63,764 nt of DNA from Octopus bimaculoides. Its lineage: Eukaryota. Below the pieces are notes generated by a model. It did not search any database. It had not been told where the DNA came from and was given only the letters and a program-made list of their open reading frames with translations. Location: contig NC_068998.1 in assembly GCF_001194135.2 (NCBI RefSeq), positions 44,333,499-44,397,262 of the forward strand, written 5' to 3'. A program made the position numbers and the translations under genes. Positions within the stretch are counted from its first letter, which is position 1, and the number at the start of each line of letters is the position of its first letter. This document shows positions 1-12,012 of the stretch, one piece after another.

Positions 1-48
<48 letters not shown>

Positions 49-94
49 GGTAGGTAGGTAGGTGTGTGTGTGTCAGATATCATTATTACCATCG

Positions 95-375
95 TTATTT
101 TAACGTCCAATTTCCAATACTTGTTATGATGATGAGGGTTCCAGTTGAAATTAACATGCAAGTGGCTGAGTATTCCATAGACATGTGTACCCTTTACATA
201 GTTCTCCACAAGATTCAGCATGACACAGAGTTTGCCAACTTATTTTTGCTAGATAAGTGCACTGGAGCAATGTGAAATAAAGAGTCTTGCTCAAGGACAG
301 AACACGCTGCCAGAAAACGAACTCATGACCTTATGATCATGAGTTGAATACATTAACCACTACTCCACATGCCTT
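95..375 (-). mobile_element. tRNA-derived SINE (family B tail on a C/F-type head)
   Basis: Minus strand has a tRNA-like head, the core GTCCTTGAGCAAGACTCTTTATTTCACATTGCTCCAGT and a tail homologous to 17810-18200. Confidence 0.75.
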
Positions 376-440
376 CGCATCCCTGTTTTAATACAGTAAT
401 AATCTACAGCAAGTCGCCCTCATTAAACTTAGTTTGAATT

Positions 441-813
441 CAGTTCTATATTTAAGAGATGAGGAATTTTGAACATCATTTACATTATTTGCATTTGATG
501 GATATTTGTCCTCATCTTGTTTGTCGTTAACACAACGTTTCGGCTGATATACCCTTCTGCCTTCATATGCCCACAGGCATATGGTGTAGTGGTTAAGAGC
601 GCAGGCTACTAACCCCAAGATTTCAAGCTCGATTCCAGGCAGTGACCTGAATAATAATAATAATAACATTGAAAAATACCTTAGGAATGAGAACCCAGGT
701 TGGAAATTTCCCCAAGACACCTGATAAAGGCTGGAGGGTATATCAGCTGAAACGTGTTAACAACAAACAAGATGAAGACAAATATCTGTCAAATGTAAAT
801 AATGTAAATAATG
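441..813 (+). mobile_element. tRNA-headed SINE-like element with Penelope-type hammerhead-bearing 3' end and inverted 5' copy
   Basis: 12-bp direct repeat TTAGTTTGAATT at 429-440 and 814-825. A-box-like TGGTGTAGTGG (582-592), B-box-like GCTCGATTCC (627-636), (AAT)n linker. ~475-566 is the reverse complement of ~724-813. Confidence 0.75.
717..758 (+). ncRNA. degenerate minimal type I hammerhead ribozyme motif
   Basis: ACAC-CTGATAA-A-GGCTG-(10 nt)-CAGCT-GAAAC-GTG. The core has G8>A and the cleavage triplet is damaged; the inverted arm supplies ATGA and GTT-GTGT. Confidence 0.55.
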
Positions 814-1031
814 TTAGTTTGAATTGTATGGTGATATTTTCATGTTAAGGTTTATGGAACACATGAAATCATTTTGAGGAATTTGTTTGTAGTATATGTT
901 GTCATTTTCAAAATAAATTGCTTATCCATGAATAGCTCTAGTAAACACTCACCCCTCTCACTGATATAGGGTTCTGGCTGAAGTATTAAATTTCTCTTTT
1001 CCTCACAGCATAGAATTTATTTATTTCACAG

Positions 1032-1236
1032 TTTGAATTTTTTGTAGTACTGCTTGCAAACACAGCCCATCGCAAGACCTGTGGGGAAGATTCCACTGTT
1101 TTTGCAGAATCATTTAGTTCATTAAACAAAAACTGCTGCTTCCATGAATTATTTCCCTTAGATGTTAAGACATCATACTCCCTTTGCGTTGCAAATTTAC
1201 TCAGTGGCAACAAATATCAAAAACCCAACATATCAG
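1032..1236 (+). CDS. candidate internal exon, product unknown
   Basis: TTTATTTCACAG acceptor, 68 stop-free codons (FEFFVVLLANTAHRKTCGEDSTVFAESF...KPNIS), weak CAG/GTGTAT donor. No recognised homology. Confidence 0.2.
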
Positions 1237-1944
1237 GTGTATTATCATTATTATTTATTAGTATGTGTGTGTGTATATGCATGTGTGTGTTGATTACAGT
1301 TTACAGTTTTTGACAAGTGAAGCAAATAATGCCAATATGATTCGATGATTTCCAACCGAGATGTCTCTTTGTTCATCAATCCTGTGATTCCATAACAAAC
1401 ATTTCAACATGATAAATGTTCCTTTCATGTTTGGCAATAAAACATAAGACAAGAGTGGAGGGGAAAAAACATCTCTAGATATTTCTAATTTTGTTTATTC
1501 TATTATTTCTCCACTCTTTGATTAGTGTTATAATATAAACATTTAACTGAGATTATCAGCGATTTAATTTTATATATTGTTCAACTGAGATTATAAAATG
1601 TCTAAAATTATACACCGTGTTTAATTAACATTAATCAAAACTTCAAAATCATATATAATTTACCAAATTGAAATTATCATAAAGTTTTAATTATTAACTT
1701 GTGTGTGGTGCTCTAAACTGACCCATGAGGCACTTCCCAAAATAAGAGGCATCTATACAGGGCTATGCATAACCCTGCACTCAAAACCTCAGATGATCAT
1801 AATGTACCAAAGACAAAGAGTTTCTCTTAGTTCTTACATCAATCTACAACCATGGAGTCAGTGTAGGCACATCTAGCCATACTAATTTCACTCTTCTTTC
1901 AAAAAATTTACTGAAATGCAATACAGCAATGCTTTGTCTACCCT

Positions 1945-2250
1945 CAAAGGGTAAAGGATAACGATCCCTTTCAGTCATGAACGATCATGGGATGATTGCC
2001 CCTACAAACTTCCCCTCCAAGGCACAAGTCCAGGCAAAGATGTTATCCAATGTTATCCAAGGCATGGGAAAGGCCAATATGGCTTGGCACCAGTGATATT
2101 GCAACTCAATTCTAGAGCTGAGTGAACTGGAGCAACATGAAATAAAGTGTCTTGCTCAAGAACACAACACACCCTGCTCTGGGATTCTAACTCACTACCT
2201 CGTGGTTGTAAGCCCAATGCTCCAACAACTGAGCCATGTGCCTTCACCTT
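1945..2250 (-). mobile_element. tRNA-derived SINE (family C)
   Basis: Homologous to 58563-58913; tRNA-like head and shared core on the minus strand. Confidence 0.75.
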
Positions 2251-2479
2251 GCTTTTTAAGAGTACTACTCGAAGAAGTTGAGTTGAACTTGTCCCAAGAG
2301 GACAATACAGCAAAACAAGTGTAGTACACAAACAAATCTTACATTCTCATAACTCAATGCTGTATGCATCACTGGAACACATATCAGCAACATTGCCCAG
2401 ATGACCTTAGCAAATAAATATACTTATTCAGATATGTATAATGATAATAATAATAATAATGATGATGATGATGATAATC

Positions 2480-2730
2480 CTTTCTACTAAAGGTCTGAAA
2501 TTTAGTGGGAGGGGCTAGTCAATTACATTGACCTGCATGCTCAACTGGTAGTAGGTGATTAGTTGATTACATCAACCCCAGTGTTTCACTGGTACTTAAT
2601 TTGTTGACCCTGAAAGGATGAAAGGTGAAGTCGACCTCAGTGGAATTAGAACTCAGAACACTGTGACAGGAAAATATTGCTAAGCATTTCATTTAGTGTG
2701 CTAACAATTCTGCATGCTCACTACTTTAAT
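2480..2730 (-). mobile_element. SINE family D, diverged
   Basis: Reverse complement of 15925-16154 (GGTCGACTTTGCCTTTCATCC core). Confidence 0.75.
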
Positions 2731-4121
2731 AATAATAATAATAATAATAATAATAGTAGTAGGAAGAATAATAAAACACACACACATACTGACTTCAAGT
2801 TCTGCCTCTTGCAGTTAATTCAACCAGTGATTGAAATATAGAATTTGTAGATACTTATACAAAAAGATATGCTCATAAATGTGGGTGGAGATGTGGTAAT
2901 TCATGAATTAGAGAGGATATAGGTGAATATTTTGTATTCTAACATAGCTGGTGGCCTGCATGTGCATCATAGAAAACTAAATGACAAAAAAAAAAAATGA
3001 AAGAAAGAAAAGGAGTTATGAGTGGAAAATAGAGAAAAGATGAAGAGAAGGAAAAGAGTACAAATGGAATAAAGACAGGAAAATTAAAAGAGGAGATGAG
3101 GAAGAGAGAAAAGCACATGATGAAGGGAAAGTAGAGCCAAATAAAGAAGGAATAGAGAGAAGAAAATACGAAGTCAACAGTCATCTTTATCTGCTGCCCT
3201 TCTTACATTTCTACCAATGTGCACACATATACGCACAAATAGATAATTTGACCAATCTTTTGCTATAAGACCTATCTTTTGCTCAAAGACCTTTTTTTCT
3301 AAAATCCCCATCAGATACATTCTTCAGGTTTATTTTGAAATTAACTCCCTAAAAAATATTTCTCCTCCTCCCTTTCATTCCCTTATTTCTTTTCTTTCTC
3401 CTACTCACCTCTCATCTTTTTTTTTTTTTTCCATCTTTGCATCGTTTTTGCTTTTCCTTTATCTTCCCTCCTTATTGTACCCTTCTTTTTTCTTTCTTTT
3501 CTATCTACAGAAGTGATTCTCATTTATCTTACTATTTTTCTTCTGCTCCTTTCTGTTTCCTTTCTAGTTTTATATAACATATACAGTCATCCTTAAAATG
3601 TAACCTCCCACTTGTTCTCAGGAAAAAAAAAATTTACCAATATCCTCTTACATAAATGAACCCTCTGATTCCCACCCTGTTTTATGAACAAATCTTCTGG
3701 TATAAATATCTGCAAATTCTCTATCTAAATAACTGGTTGAATAAGCTTCAAGAAATGAAATTTATAGCCCCAGTTAACCCAATATATGATATGTATNNNN
3801 NNNNNNNNNNNNNNNNNNNNNNNNNNNNNNNNNNNNNNNNNNNNNNNNNNNNNNNNNNNNNNNNNNNNNNNNNNNNNNNNNNNNNNNNNNNNNNNNNNNN
3901 NNNNNNNNNNNNNNNNNNNNNNNNNNNNNNNNNNNNNNNNNNNNNNNNNNNNNNNNNNNNNNNNNNNNNNNNNNNNNNNNNNNNNNNNNNNNNNNNNNNN
4001 NNNNNNNNNNNNNNNNNNNNNNNNNNNNNNNNNNNNNNNNNNNNNNNNNNNNNNNNNNNNNNNNNNNNNNNNNNNNNNNNATATATATATATATATATAT
4101 AATATAGACATATATATAAGA

Positions 4122-4205
4122 TGCAGGCAGAGGCATATCTGTGTGGTAAGAAGTTTGCTTGTCAACCAAATGGTTCCTGGTTCAGTCTCACTCATGTGCC
4201 GCATT
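4122..4205 (+). mobile_element. SINE family A, 5' fragment
   Basis: Matches the head of 16941-17358. Confidence 0.65.
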
Positions 4206-5253
4206 TCAGATTGTAGTCTCCACTGCCTTGATCAACAAAGAGATAGCATTCATTAACCAATCCCCTGGGACTGTTAACAGAATACCTAGGTTCTGCTTGA
4301 TGAACATCACTACTCATCATCAACATCCAGCATTTCAAATCCGGGTTTTGTCCCTGTTAATGGGGACGGTCAGATCTACCTCAATACCATAGCAATCGAG
4401 GTTGGCAGGTGCAGCCCACACCAACATTTGAGCTGGCTCCTTTGCCAGCATGATGCTTTTGTGGAGCTGGATTTTCTATGGGGAGCATGCCCTTGCTTAC
4501 CCCACAACCTCAGTTTCTAGACATGAGTGATCCCGAGACCAACGCCTCTACCATGATTTTTAAGAAATGTGGTGGAAACTAGCTCAGGAAGGCAGGGACG
4601 CTACTGTGATAACTAAAAAGTTTTCTTTTTCTTGATCACTGATGACAATTCTTGCCCAAAGGCTTTCACCTTTTTCCAATCTTTGAATATAAAGGAACCA
4701 GCTTTGCTCAAGAATGTGGTGATTTCTAAGTTTACATGGTTGGCTTCTAATAGATCCCCAAGTGTAGTGAACTTTTTTTGTTTCCTGTATTGGACTAGAA
4801 TTTGCTGTACTGATGCAGCTCATGCATTTTAAAAAGACATATAAATACTTAAAATTTGCTACATGCTGCACACATTTACATTTAGGTTGCATTCCATTTA
4901 TGGCCAACTAAAGCTTGTTCGCAAATACCAGCATACCCAGAATACATGTATGTGTGTGTGTGTGTATGTGTGTGTATGTGTGCGTGTGTGCCTGCATGTC
5001 TTGTGTGTATTTGCTTTTACTCCTTTTAGATAAATATGCGACATTTGCAAAAAGATTTGTACAAAAAGAAACCATAATCAAAGAGAGAGGGTGGTGGCGG
5101 TGGTAGTGGTGGTGGTGGTAGGAAGCAGTAGTAGTAGTAGTATGTATGATGGTTTCAATAAAATTAATGCTTTAAAAGTATTTACTGAATAGAATTTTCT
5201 TTTCATTTCTTATATATATATGCATACATACATATATATACATATATATATAT

Positions 5254-5290
<37 letters not shown>

Positions 5291-5528
5291 TATGTATGTG
5301 TAGATATATATGTATAGATATATATACATACATATTTGTATATATATATATATATACATATATGTATGTACATATACACATGTGTGTATACTTATGCATA
5401 TATACATATTTACATATGTATATATACACACATGTTTGTATACTTATGTATATATATATGGATATTAGCGTCAAAGCTCTTATTTAAATTATATATATAT
5501 ATATATATGTATATATGTNNNNNNNNNN

Positions 5529-5621
<93 letters not shown>

Positions 5622-6099
5622 ATGTATACACATATATATACATGTATGTATATGTGTACGCATGCATATGTGTCTCTGTCTGTCTATCTCTCTATATATA
5701 CATATATGCATACACACATGTACATACACACATACACATATATATACATACATACATAGACAAATGTGTGTCTGTGTGTAAATATAAAATTTAAGTTAAA
5801 AAAGTAAATAAAAAATAAACAAAACATTTTGTAGGTATTCAATTCAATCTAATTTTTCACACGATTTTCAGTTTTTATTGAGTGAAATGAATCTACAATT
5901 TCTCAGAAACGAAGCTTACATATATATATATAAAGAGGGAGTGGAGGAAGGAAAGAGGAAGAAAAAGAGGAAGGGGAGTTGTAGACATGGAAAATTGGCA
6001 AGACATTCATAATCATTAAATTCATGAACTATATAATATGTAAATGTTGGTAAATGGGCAGCATATAGAAATCATCATCTAATATATATGGCACAGACA

Positions 6100-6252
6100 T
6101 AGCTGTGTGGCAAGATGGTTGCCTCCCAAGCCACATGGTTTTGGGTTCAGTTGCATGGCATGCCACTTTGGGCAAACGTCTTCTACTATAGCCTCGGGCT
6201 GACCCAAGCTTTGTGAGTAGATTTGGTAGACTGAAGCAGAAAGAAGCCTGTC

Positions 6253-6256
<4 letters not shown>
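6100..6256 (-). mobile_element. SINE family A, 5' half
   Basis: Reverse complement matches 16941-17100. Confidence 0.75.
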
Positions 6257-6292
<36 letters not shown>

Positions 6293-6429
6293 GTAAAAAT
6301 ATGTGACACTTATTCGGTAGCCATAATAAAAGTGTCAGGTATTTTTACAGATAAACTCCTCTATTTACATAATATCAAGGTCTCTTTCTTTTGTTGTCCT
6401 TCCTATCAATATATATATATATATAGTTC

Positions 6430-6550
6430 AAAAAAACAATAACAAAAAAACAACAAAGTGAGGACGTGATATGGATAGTATTATTGGACGCTCAGGAAAG
6501 GAAAGAGAGAGTGTATGACGTTTCGGGCGTAGCCCTTCGTCGGAAAGATG
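6430..6550 (-). mobile_element. Penelope-like terminal fragment with hammerhead-like motif
   Basis: Minus strand reads CCGACGA-A-GGGC-TAC-GCCC-GAAAC-GTC (6543 to 6517). Confidence 0.5.
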
Positions 6551-6742
6551 TCAACAAGGATGTCCAGAGGTAATGCAGAGGTAACTGCATTACTTTTNNN
6601 NNNNNNNNNNNNNNNNNNNNNNNNNNNNNNNNNNNNNNNNNNNNNNNNNNNNNNNNNNNNNNNNNNNNNNNNNNNNNNNNGCAACAAGGATATCCAAAAG
6701 TAATGCAGTTACCTCTGCATTACCTCTGGACATCCTTGTTGA
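6551..6742. repeat. inverted copies of a 60-nt hairpin on both sides of an N-gap
   Basis: 6551-6597 is the exact reverse complement of ~6696-6742; 6682-6741 folds with a 27-bp stem and 6-nt loop. Confidence 0.85.
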
Positions 6743-6879
6743 TTATTTTGATTTTAATCACATTACTTTGAAATTGTATGGATAATACCGTACTAAATTC
6801 CGGTGCCTCAACTTAGGTACCATATTCACCTGAATCTATATATATATATATAGAGAGAGAGAGATAGATGCACATGCAT

Positions 6880-7115
6880 ATATATCTACGTGTTTGTTTA
6901 TCTTTGTGTCTGTGTTTCTCCCCAAAACTGCTTGGAAACTTTAGTTGATGTGTTTACATCCCTCTATGATAGCAGTTCAACAAAAGAGACTGATAGAATA
7001 AGTACAAGGCTTAAGACAAAATTATTAATATTGGGTCAATTCTTTTGACTAAAATTCATCAAATGGTGCTCCAGTATGGCTGCAGTCCAATGACTGAAAC
7101 AAGTAAAAGATAAAA
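6880..7115 (+). mobile_element. SINE family A, 3' half, diverged
   Basis: Matches the 3' half of 16941-17358 including GGTGCTCCAG(C/T)ATGGC...TGACTGAAACAAGTAAAAG. Confidence 0.7.
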
Positions 7116-7352
7116 AGTGTATTTACATTTTGTTTTATGTTAGTTTTATAAAAAGATATATACATTTTTATTAAATTCACTGTGATCTGTATGTCATATT
7201 TATTAATGACACTTTATAATTAGAGGGGAAGATGAATTAAATTATGTAATTTAATTATTCATCTCAATTATCTGAAGCACTGAAAGCCGAAAGTATACAC
7301 ATGCTTTTGCACACCTTCAAACATGTATCAGTTTGTATGTGTGTGTCAAAAT

Positions 7353-7402
<50 letters not shown>

Positions 7403-7442
7403 GCGTACATACACACTCACACACACACACGCACTCACACAC

Positions 7443-7830
7443 ATCATCATCGTTTAACATTTGTTTTCCATGCTGGCATGGGTTGGACGGTTTGACTGGG
7501 GACTGACAAGCCAAGAGGCTGCACCAGACTCCAATCTGATCTGGCAGTGTTTTTACAGCTGGATGTCCTTCCTAACGCCAGCCACACCGAGAGTATAGTG
7601 GGTGCTTTTTATGTCCCACCAGCATGGGAGCCAGTCAGGCGGCACTGGCATTGGCCAAATTCGGATGGTGCTTTTTACGTGCTATTGGCATAGGAGCCAG
7701 ACAGGGTGGGGAGGCTGGCATCGACCATGCTTAGATGCTGCTTTTTACATTCCACTGGCATGGGGAGCCAGTCAGGTGACACTGACAACGGCCCATGCAT
7801 GCATAGTACTTATTGCATGCCACCAGCATT
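7443..7830 (-). mobile_element. family E element (RTE LINE 3' UTR or RTE-dependent SINE) with internal subrepeats
   Basis: Minus strand has TAGGAAGGACATCCAGCTGTA...CCAACCCATGCCAGCATGGAAAAC and a (GAT)n tail; same family as 56030-56420. Confidence 0.8.
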
Positions 7831-8818
7831 TATATATATATATATGCTTTTATATATATATAAAGCCTGATATCTTACATTCTTGTGTTATATTATTCTC
7901 ATATTAATCTTATGCAAAGAGGAGTTCCACATGTGTATCAAACCCTGGAACATACCCTATGGTAGGATATCACATGGTAGTCAAATAGTGACATAAGAGC
8001 TCTTAAATTCAAATTACTATATNNNNNNNNNNNNNNNNNNNNNNNNNNNNNNNNNNNNNNNNNNNNNNNNNNNNNNNNNNNNNNNNNNNNNNNNNNNNNN
8101 NNNNNNNNNNNNNNNNNNNNNNNNNNNNNNNNNNNNNNNNNNNNNNNNNNNNNNNNNNNNNNNNNNNNNNNNNNNNNNNNNNNNNNNNNNNNNNNNNNNN
8201 NNNNNNNNNNNNNNNNNNNNNNNNNNNNNNNNNNNNNNNNNNNNNNNNNNNNNNNNNNNNNNNNNNNNNNNNNNNNNNNNNNNNNNNNNNNNNNNNNNNN
8301 NNNNNNNNNNNNNNNNNNNNNNNNNNNNNNNNNNNNNNNNNNNNNNNNNNNNNNNNNNNNNNNNNNNNNNNNNNNNNNNNNNNNNNNNNNNNNNNNNNNN
8401 NNNNNNNNNNNNNNNNNNNNNNNNNNNNNNNNNNNNNNNNNNNNNNNNNNNNNNNNNNNNNNNNNNNNNNNNNNNNNNNNNNNNNNNNNNNNNNNNNNNN
8501 NNNNNNNNNNNNNNNNNNNNNNNNNNNNNNNNNNNNNNNNNNNNNNNNNNNNNNNNNNNNNNNNNNNNNNNNNNNNNNNNNNNNNNNNNNNNNNNNNNNN
8601 NNNNNNNNNNNNNNNNNNNNNNNNNNNNNNNNNNNNNNNNNNNNNNNNNNNNNNNNNNNNNNNNNNNNNNNNNNNNNNNNNNNNNNNNNNNNNNNNNNNN
8701 NNNNNNNNNNNNNNNNNNNNNNNNNNNNNNNNNNNNNNNNNNNNNNNNNNNNNNNNNNNNNNNNNNNNNNNNNNNNNNNNNNNNNNNNNNNNNNNNNNNN
8801 NNNNNNNNNNNNNNNNNN

Positions 8819-8883
<65 letters not shown>

Positions 8884-9454
8884 CACACACTTATATGCAC
8901 TCATACATGCACATCCAAGTATGTGGGTATATACATGCAACTAGACACATGCGCTTACGCACACGTAGTTTACGAATGCATACATATATATATGTGTAGG
9001 AACTCATATATACAGGCACACACACACATGTGTGTATATGTGTAGAGATATACATATGTCTACATCCCTATTGATGCACATTTGCATTTTTTTGCTTTTT
9101 TTTGTTTTTGTTTTTTTATAGGTGCATGTATATATTAATGTGAATTTGTGTATACGTATACATGGGTGTATGTTTATATGTGTATATGCATACATATATG
9201 CATCTGTATGTGTGTATGTGTATATGTATGTGTGTGTATATATTTACTTATTTGTATATATGTATGTGTGCATATGTCAAACTTTGCACAGACATTTATT
9301 TATGCTCTGTGCGTATATTTATGTATACATGCGTGTGTGTGCCTATATATATATTTATGTACATATTCGTCAATATATGTGCATATGCACATGCATTTAG
9401 TCGCAAGTATATATCCACATAATTGAATGTGTATATGTGAGCGCGTATGTATAA

Positions 9455-9498
<44 letters not shown>

Positions 9499-10122
9499 NN
9501 NNNNNNNNNNNNNNNNNNNNNNNNNNNNNNNNNNNNNNNNNNNNNNNNNNNNNNNNNNNNNNNNNNNNNNNNNNNNNNNNNNNNNNNNNNNNNNNNNNNN
9601 TTGAATTTTTCGTGTTTCAACTTTACTCTGTATTTTATTTATTCCCAAAGTCGACGGGCATTTACCAATACATAAAACCGAATATATATATACATATGTA
9701 TCTCTGTATGTATATGTGTATATTAGCATGAATACAAGAATACTTTTTCATTTAAGTATTACCTTCCTTTCTACTTCCTTTTCTTTCTCAACAGTTACAA
9801 CAGCAATGGCTCATTACGTCATTTTCTCTAAACTAGAATTTTCACGTTCATATTTGAATTTTTCGTGTTTCAACTTTACTCTGTATTTTATTTATTCCCA
9901 AAGTCGACGGGCATTTACCAATACATAAAACCGAATATATATATACATACATGTATATATATATATATTGGAAGGTATGGAGGTGATATACAGAAATTAT
10001 ATATTGAAAAAATAATAAGGTACTCAGATAACTGGGTGGTTGTACATTTACAGACTTTTATTAATGTCACATGCTTTATAAATATTAGCACTTGCATCTA
10101 TTCTTGTAGGTTCTTCAAAATA

Positions 10123-10173
<51 letters not shown>

Positions 10174-11379
10174 TTTTATTACAGCTACAAAATTATCACA
10201 AAACTGTTACTCAGAGTTTCATGTTCCTGTTCGACAGACAATTGTGAGGAAAACTCATACATATATATATATATGCATGTATGCATACATGTATGTGATG
10301 GTTCCTCCCTGTCTTGACATTGTTAAATAGCTGTAAACAAGTGTCACCACTATGCAGTCAGTATCATTCATTTCCAACCTTCCAATGTTTTATATCCTTG
10401 TATTGGAAATATAATATAACGAAGCAGGAAGAAGAAAGTATATACACGATGCACTAATATTACTATTACACAAGACTCAATGCTCTATATCAACAGTTCA
10501 CAGTGAACTGCTACCAACATGAACTGCCAATTGCTGACTGTTCTTTGTTTTATAACAATAAGTCAGTCCACCTTAGTCACTTGGTGGTGGTCGGAATCCT
10601 TCCACAACACAATAAAACCTGATCGATAATGAGAAAAACAGGTAAGGGTTGCCAGTAGGAAGGGTATCCAGTGGTAGAAAACCTGCCTTGATGAATTTCA
10701 TCTGATCTGTGTAAGTTTGAAAACTTCAACATTAAAAACAGTTACAGCAATGAGACAGACAGACTGGTAGGCAGACAAATGGATGGGTAGATGACTAGCT
10801 AGCAAGATAGATAGATAGATAGATAGACAGATGTAAACTTTTTTTTTTATAATTGACATTTATAAGAAAATATCGAATTATGTTTTATTATCCAATCCAC
10901 TGGTGAGCCATTTTTGAGTTATGGTGTCAAATGTATATGATGTTTACTATGATAAAATGAATACAGAATTGATCTTTGACTCACACGCATATATGTACGT
11001 ATGAATGAATATGTTTGTATGGATGTGTGTATGTTTGTGTGCATGTAATTTTCTTCTCTATTTTCCCTCTACCACAGTTTCTCCTTCTCTCACACACACA
11101 CACTAAGACTAGAGTGATTGAATTGTTGACATAACTGATATTGTTTCCTGATATGTTTTTCACGTCTAGAGTCTAAGTACAATTTACATTTGTATCTGCC
11201 ATTGGCAACGTTGTTTTTTTTTTTTTTATCCATTTTCTGCTGTTTTGTTGTAATTATTATTATTGATATTGATTTCGCCCTTTAATCATTGTAAATCCCC
11301 AACTGTTTCTTTTTCTTTTTTTGGTATTTTACTTTTGTATTATACCCAATATCTTAGGCCTTTGTAACAAATAATATAA

Positions 11380-11427
<48 letters not shown>

Positions 11428-11816
11428 GTAGATGACAAGAGAGTTTGTGTCAGAATCTATGGTGCTCTAAAGCACCCAATGGTGCTTCAGAGTTTACAAT
11501 TTCACCTGTTTTACCTTCTCAGGTGAAATCTTGCTGAAATCAATACCATCTTTCACCTTGAAAGGTAAATAAACAAACAACTAATCTAGCACAAGGGGCA
11601 ATTTGAGGGACTGTACGCTCACCCACAATGCCAACCATTTTTTACCTTCTCATTTAACAAAGACAAATGAGTGACTGGAGGAGTAGAACAAGCAAAGTGG
11701 TGGCATAGTAAACAAATTTTTGGTGGAATGACAAAATTATTAAAATGGTGGAGGAAATTGCAGAGGAACATAAATTGTACATATAATTGAACATATACTG
11801 TGGTGCAATTTATAAA

Positions 11817-11939
11817 TAGGAACATAAATTGTGACTAAGGTTTGGTAGAAGATTTTAATTAAGAACTTTTGAAAACGAGACACTTGTACCACAGAGCCAG
11901 ATGTGGTTTCAGGCGGGTTGGTATCAAGAGGGTTAAGAT
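11817..11939 (-). mobile_element. partial piggyBac-type MITE (family M1)
   Basis: Reverse complement of 12011-12133. Confidence 0.75.
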
Positions 11940-12012
11940 AATATCCCAGCCTATGAGAAATAGGAGCTGAATCACTTGCCCTTTTCTTTCTCTGTTTCAT
12001 CATTACCCACAT

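Noticed and set aside
569-650. tRNA gene
   Set aside because: A/B boxes are present but there is no complete cloverleaf, and it lies inside a TSD-flanked insertion; it is a SINE head. The same applies to the heads at 16941, 17810 and 62597.
2995-3570. Purine tract followed by pyrimidine tract (triplex or foldback)
   Set aside because: Low-complexity with no specific complementarity; common in this genome type.
5172-5794. YI/CV/HT/SL/RE-rich ORFs here and throughout the track
   Set aside because: Translations of (TA)n, (TG)n and (CT)n microsatellites and N-runs.
9601-9950. ~95-bp exact direct repeat (9601-9695 and ~9853-9947)
   Set aside because: The first copy starts exactly at a gap edge; most likely a contig-overlap artefact.
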